Below are positions 60,685 to 64,000 of a stretch of DNA of 64,000 nt, one piece after another (the first letter of the stretch is position 1; each line of letters starts with the position of its first letter). The DNA comes from Squalus acanthias (Eukaryota), in contig CM059431.1 of the NCBI GenBank assembly GCA_030390025.1, forward strand, positions 145,082,001 to 145,146,000, in the 5' to 3' direction. The notes under the pieces were generated by a model. It saw nothing but the letters and a program-made list of their open reading frames with translations, searched no databases and was not told where the DNA came from. Position numbers and translations under genes: made by a program.

Positions 60685-61699
60685 TTACCACATTCTCCCT
60701 CCATTTCGTAGCCGCTGGACGAGGGAGAGCCGCACCCGTTTGGGCTCTCGTAGCGGTAGAGGGCCCCTAGCCCGTTTACCCGCCGCGGGCCGTGGACCAG
60801 AGTCCGAGTGATCCAGCCCGCTCTGTGAGGGGTCAGGACGATCCTGACTGTGTACTGGTGCCCGAACGGGTGTCGGGCAGGGCTGTGGCAGATCCGTTTC
60901 CGAGCGTATGGTACGGGGTGGATCGTGGCTGCGCGTGCGAGCCCCGACGGGCTCATAGTCAGTCTGCCCCAGGTCGGCACGCTGGAGTGAGGTACCAGCC
61001 GGCGTCAGATCCAGATCGTGATGAGAGGCACCTGGCGAGCCCAGAGATGTGCCTGGTACAATATCATCCCCTGGTGTCCCTCTATGTTTCGGCGGGCAGG
61101 GAGCCAGATCCCGCAATGACACGGTAGATTCCCGACCGTCAGGATACCGAATATAGGCGTAGGTAGGGTTGACGTCAGTGAGCTCAACCTCATCTACCAG
61201 GGGGTCATTCTTAGACGCCCGAACATATCTTCGGAGTAGCACTGGTCCCGGTGCAGTCAGCCACGACGGGAGAGATATCCCATAGGATGAGCGACGCTGA
61301 AATTGGAAGAACCGTTCATGAGGCGTCGTATTTGTGGCGGTCGAAAGGAGGGACCGTGTGGAGTGTAATGCGACTGGAAGTACTGCTTCCCATTGCTGGT
61401 TGGGTAGGCCCCGAGATCTCAAAGCCAGACGTACCGCATTCCAGATGATAGCGTTAAAACGCTCGACTTGCCCATTCCCGACCGGATGATAAGGCGTCGT
61501 TCTGCTGGCAGCAATACCCCGTTCCGAGAGATAGGCCTTGAGTTCTCCTGACATAAAAGAAGGGCTCCGATCCGAATGAACATAGGATGCCATGCCACAG
61601 AAAGCAAATACCTGCTCAAGGCAGCTGATAACCGTGGTCGTCAGCATATTGGGGCAGGGAAAGGCAAACGGAAAACGGGAATACTCATCGACCATGGTC
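60685..61699 (-). pseudogene. Integrase core/C-terminal remnant of copy C
   Basis: MVDEYSRFPF..HSDR..GQVERFN; out of frame with the upstream ORF after the deletion. Confidence 0.85.
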
Positions 61700-63538
61700 A
61701 TCCATTGCTCGCTGGAAGACAGCCACTCCATTAGTGACCCCAAAGGGGAGGCGACGAAATTGATACAGCCGTCCATTGGCTTCAAAGGCCGTATACTGCT
61801 TGTCTGAGACCTTCAAGGGTACCTGATGATAGGCACTTTTCAGAGCATATGTTGAGAACACCGTGTACTCAGCCAGTTTATTAACCATATCATCGATGCG
61901 CGGCAATGGGTATGCGTCCAAGTCCGTATATTGATTGATGGTCTGTGAATAGTCAATGCACAGCCGTTTCTTGTGAGGTTGTAGAGGGTTCTTAACAATA
62001 ACGACCTGGGCGCGCCATGGCGACGAAGAAGGCTCGATGATATCCTCTGCTAAAAGCCGAGAAATCTCAGCCGCAATAAAAGACTGGTCTTCCTGACTGA
62101 AACGTCGTGACTTTGTTATAATCGGTTTGCATTGAGGAGGGATACTGGTAAACAGTGAGGGTTCATCCAGTGAAGCTGCTGACAATGCACAGAACGGTAA
62201 TCGAGGTCGTATATTAGAAATAGTGAGTTCAGGTTTGGATCCGCCGAACTCAATGGTGAGCTTCTTATGCTGCTTTTGAAAATCTAGCCCTAAGATAAGA
62301 TCACTACATAAGTCCTTGAGCACCGAAAGCCGGGTGGAGGGATACCTGTGACCATTAAGTGTTATTTCAACCATACAAAAGCCAGAAATTCTGGTATTAA
62401 GTGATGACTGAGCCATCGCAATTGCCTGGTCCGATGAGAAAACATGTAGCTTTAACTCTGCAACAATCTGTTCCATAATGAAACTATCAGTGCTACCTGA
62501 GTCAATTAAGGCATCTAAAGTATGTCCATTAATTGATGCTTTTGTAGCTGCATGGAATAGGTTCTGAGGACAAGCAGCTGTAATTGGTGTCGTTGCACAA
62601 AGAGTGGCTGAAACTCTAGGTGTGTTTCTTCGAGAGAAAACCCGAGAGGAAGCACGATAGATTTTAGCCGGAACATCTTGATAGGCCCTTACCGGGGCAG
62701 TTCGGTAGGACTTAGCTTGATAAGCCCTCGTAGAGGCTCTTGATAGGCAAACCTTTGCAAAATGACCCTTTTTGTTGCAATGACTGCAAAATGCATTGCG
62801 AGCAGGGCAGAATTTCCGAGGGTGAAACTCATCACCACAAAAGAAGCATTTCTTAGATTGCCAAGAGGCTGCCACAGTGGGGTCATCATCCTCTTCATCA
62901 GTGAAGTCATCAGATTGATCGTCAGGGATAAAGTCCTCCCTAATAGAGTTCACCTGTGGCCTCTTAAATTGCCTGACTGTAGTTAAGGCAGCAGACCGAG
63001 GTCTGGGCACTGTATAAAGGTCTGCATCTCTTTTTGCCAGATCTAGAGAGCAAGCCATGTCATAAGCTCTCTGAAGCTCAAGTGTCTTACTTTCCAATAG
63101 ACGCTGGCGTATAAATGGGGAGGCAAGCCCGCAGATGAAAGCATCACGGATCATTTCTTCACGGTACAGCTCAGCTGAGGCCGCCTGAAAGTTACAGTCC
63201 ATACTAAGTCTGCGAAGCTCTTGGAGGAATTTATCAATGGATTCCTCCGGCCCTTGTTGGGCTGTAGCTAGTAGATGTCTGGCATAGACCTCATTCGGTG
63301 TCTTAGTATATAGTCTTTTAAGCGTCCGAATTGCCTCCTCGTAACTGCCCCATTCCTCGACATACTGAAATACATTCGGGGTGACACAGTTGATGAGTAT
63401 CCGCAATTTTGAGTCATCATCAGCCTTGCAATATTCGAGAAAATTGTCAAACGTGCGATACCAGTGTTTCCACACCTTACCGGCTGCTGGGGTGTTTGGG
63501 TCCAAGTCAAGACGCGATGGTTTAAGGATGTTTTCCAT
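61685..63538 (-). CDS. Gag-protease-truncated RT ORF of copy C
   Basis: 617-aa single frame running gag, CCHC x2, DSG protease and the RT N-half. The catalytic YDLK is mutated to YALK, and the ORF ends at the deletion junction. Confidence 0.85.
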   Translation of the reverse strand: MENILKPSRLDLDPNTPAAGKVWKHWYRTFDNFLEYCKADDDSKLRILINCVTPNVFQYVEEWGSYEEAIRTLKRLYTKTPNEVYARHLLATAQQGPEESIDKFLQELRRLSMDCNFQAASAELYREEMIRDAFICGLASPFIRQRLLESKTLELQRAYDMACSLDLAKRDADLYTVPRPRSAALTTVRQFKRPQVNSIREDFIPDDQSDDFTDEEDDDPTVAASWQSKKCFFCGDEFHPRKFCPARNAFCSHCNKKGHFAKVCLSRASTRAYQAKSYRTAPVRAYQDVPAKIYRASSRVFSRRNTPRVSATLCATTPITAACPQNLFHAATKASINGHTLDALIDSGSTDSFIMEQIVAELKLHVFSSDQAIAMAQSSLNTRISGFCMVEITLNGHRYPSTRLSVLKDLCSDLILGLDFQKQHKKLTIEFGGSKPELTISNIRPRLPFCALSAASLDEPSLFTSIPPQCKPIITKSRRFSQEDQSFIAAEISRLLAEDIIEPSSSPWRAQVVIVKNPLQPHKKRLCIDYSQTINQYTDLDAYPLPRIDDMVNKLAEYTVFSTYALKSAYHQVPLKVSDKQYTAFEANGRLYQFRRLPFGVTNGVAVFQRAMDDHGR

Positions 63539-64000
63539 GATGGGTGATTCCCTGGATCCTTAGTTCCGAGTTCGTCCAAAAAGTTTGAGTGCAAAGTTTT
63601 TCAAAGTTGATTAAATTGTCGTAAGAATGAGCCTTACGCGTGGTGAACTTAAAGTAAGCTTTAATCAACTAAAAAGGTGCTACATACAAAAGAGGTCTTA
63701 CTCTATGCCTCTCCAGGATCCAACTGATCAGCCCAGTATTTATCCTGGACTAATCACAGGAAGTGATGTAATAAAGTTCGAGTCACAGGAAGCTGTATTG
63801 TGTTACCACAAGTAATATTAGAGTAGAGTCACCACTATTAATGTTGGAGTAGGGACACTACCAGCAACGTTAGTGTACGGTCACCAGCAGTAATGTTAGA
63901 GTATGGTCACCACCAGTAATACTAAAGTAGTGTCACCATCAATAATGTTAGAGTAGGGTCACCACCAGTAATGTTAGAGTGGACTCACCACGATTTATGT

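Larger units (their letters stand above)
60427..63810 (-). mobile_element. Young Ty3/Gypsy element, copy C (internally deleted sister of copy A)
   Basis: 194-bp LTRs (60427-60620, 63617-63810) differing at one position seen by eye. TSD AGTAA. A ~1.1-kb internal deletion at ~61700. Confidence 0.97.
59745..64000. repeat. ~26-bp minisatellite split by Gypsy copy C (59745-60426 and 63811-64000)
   Basis: Unit GTCACCACCAGTAATGTTAGAGTAG(A/G), degenerating leftward. Confidence 0.9.

Overview
Repeat-dense vertebrate DNA, most likely from a cartilaginous fish, judged from its CR1, Penelope and DeuSINE content. Most of the window is nested retroelements. These include many CR1 and some L2-like or other LINE fragments, a decayed Penelope-like element (RT + GIY-YIG) at the left end, and a tRNA-derived SINE. 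There are three Ty3/Gypsy (Mag-like) LTR elements: two very young sister copies and one older relative. Several tiny Penelope-derived inverted-repeat insertions carry minimal hammerhead ribozymes. The non-repeat remainder looks like the minus-strand 5' region of a host gene, tentatively a shark NLR-type gene starting MAEGPNSEEDPTSSTRMRMDT at 7713. It has tandemly duplicated small-exon modules and a second paralogous 5' block at about 40-46 kb. Three observations stand out. (1) Neither Gypsy family has a tRNA-type PBS; the PBS position instead pairs, with a compensatory change, to the poly(A)-signal segment of the element's own LTR, suggesting self-priming. (2) Both Gypsy families have YLDN rather than YxDD in RT. 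(3) There are TSD-flanked palindromic hammerhead cassettes. All calls were made by eye, without database searches, and LINE boundaries are approximate.
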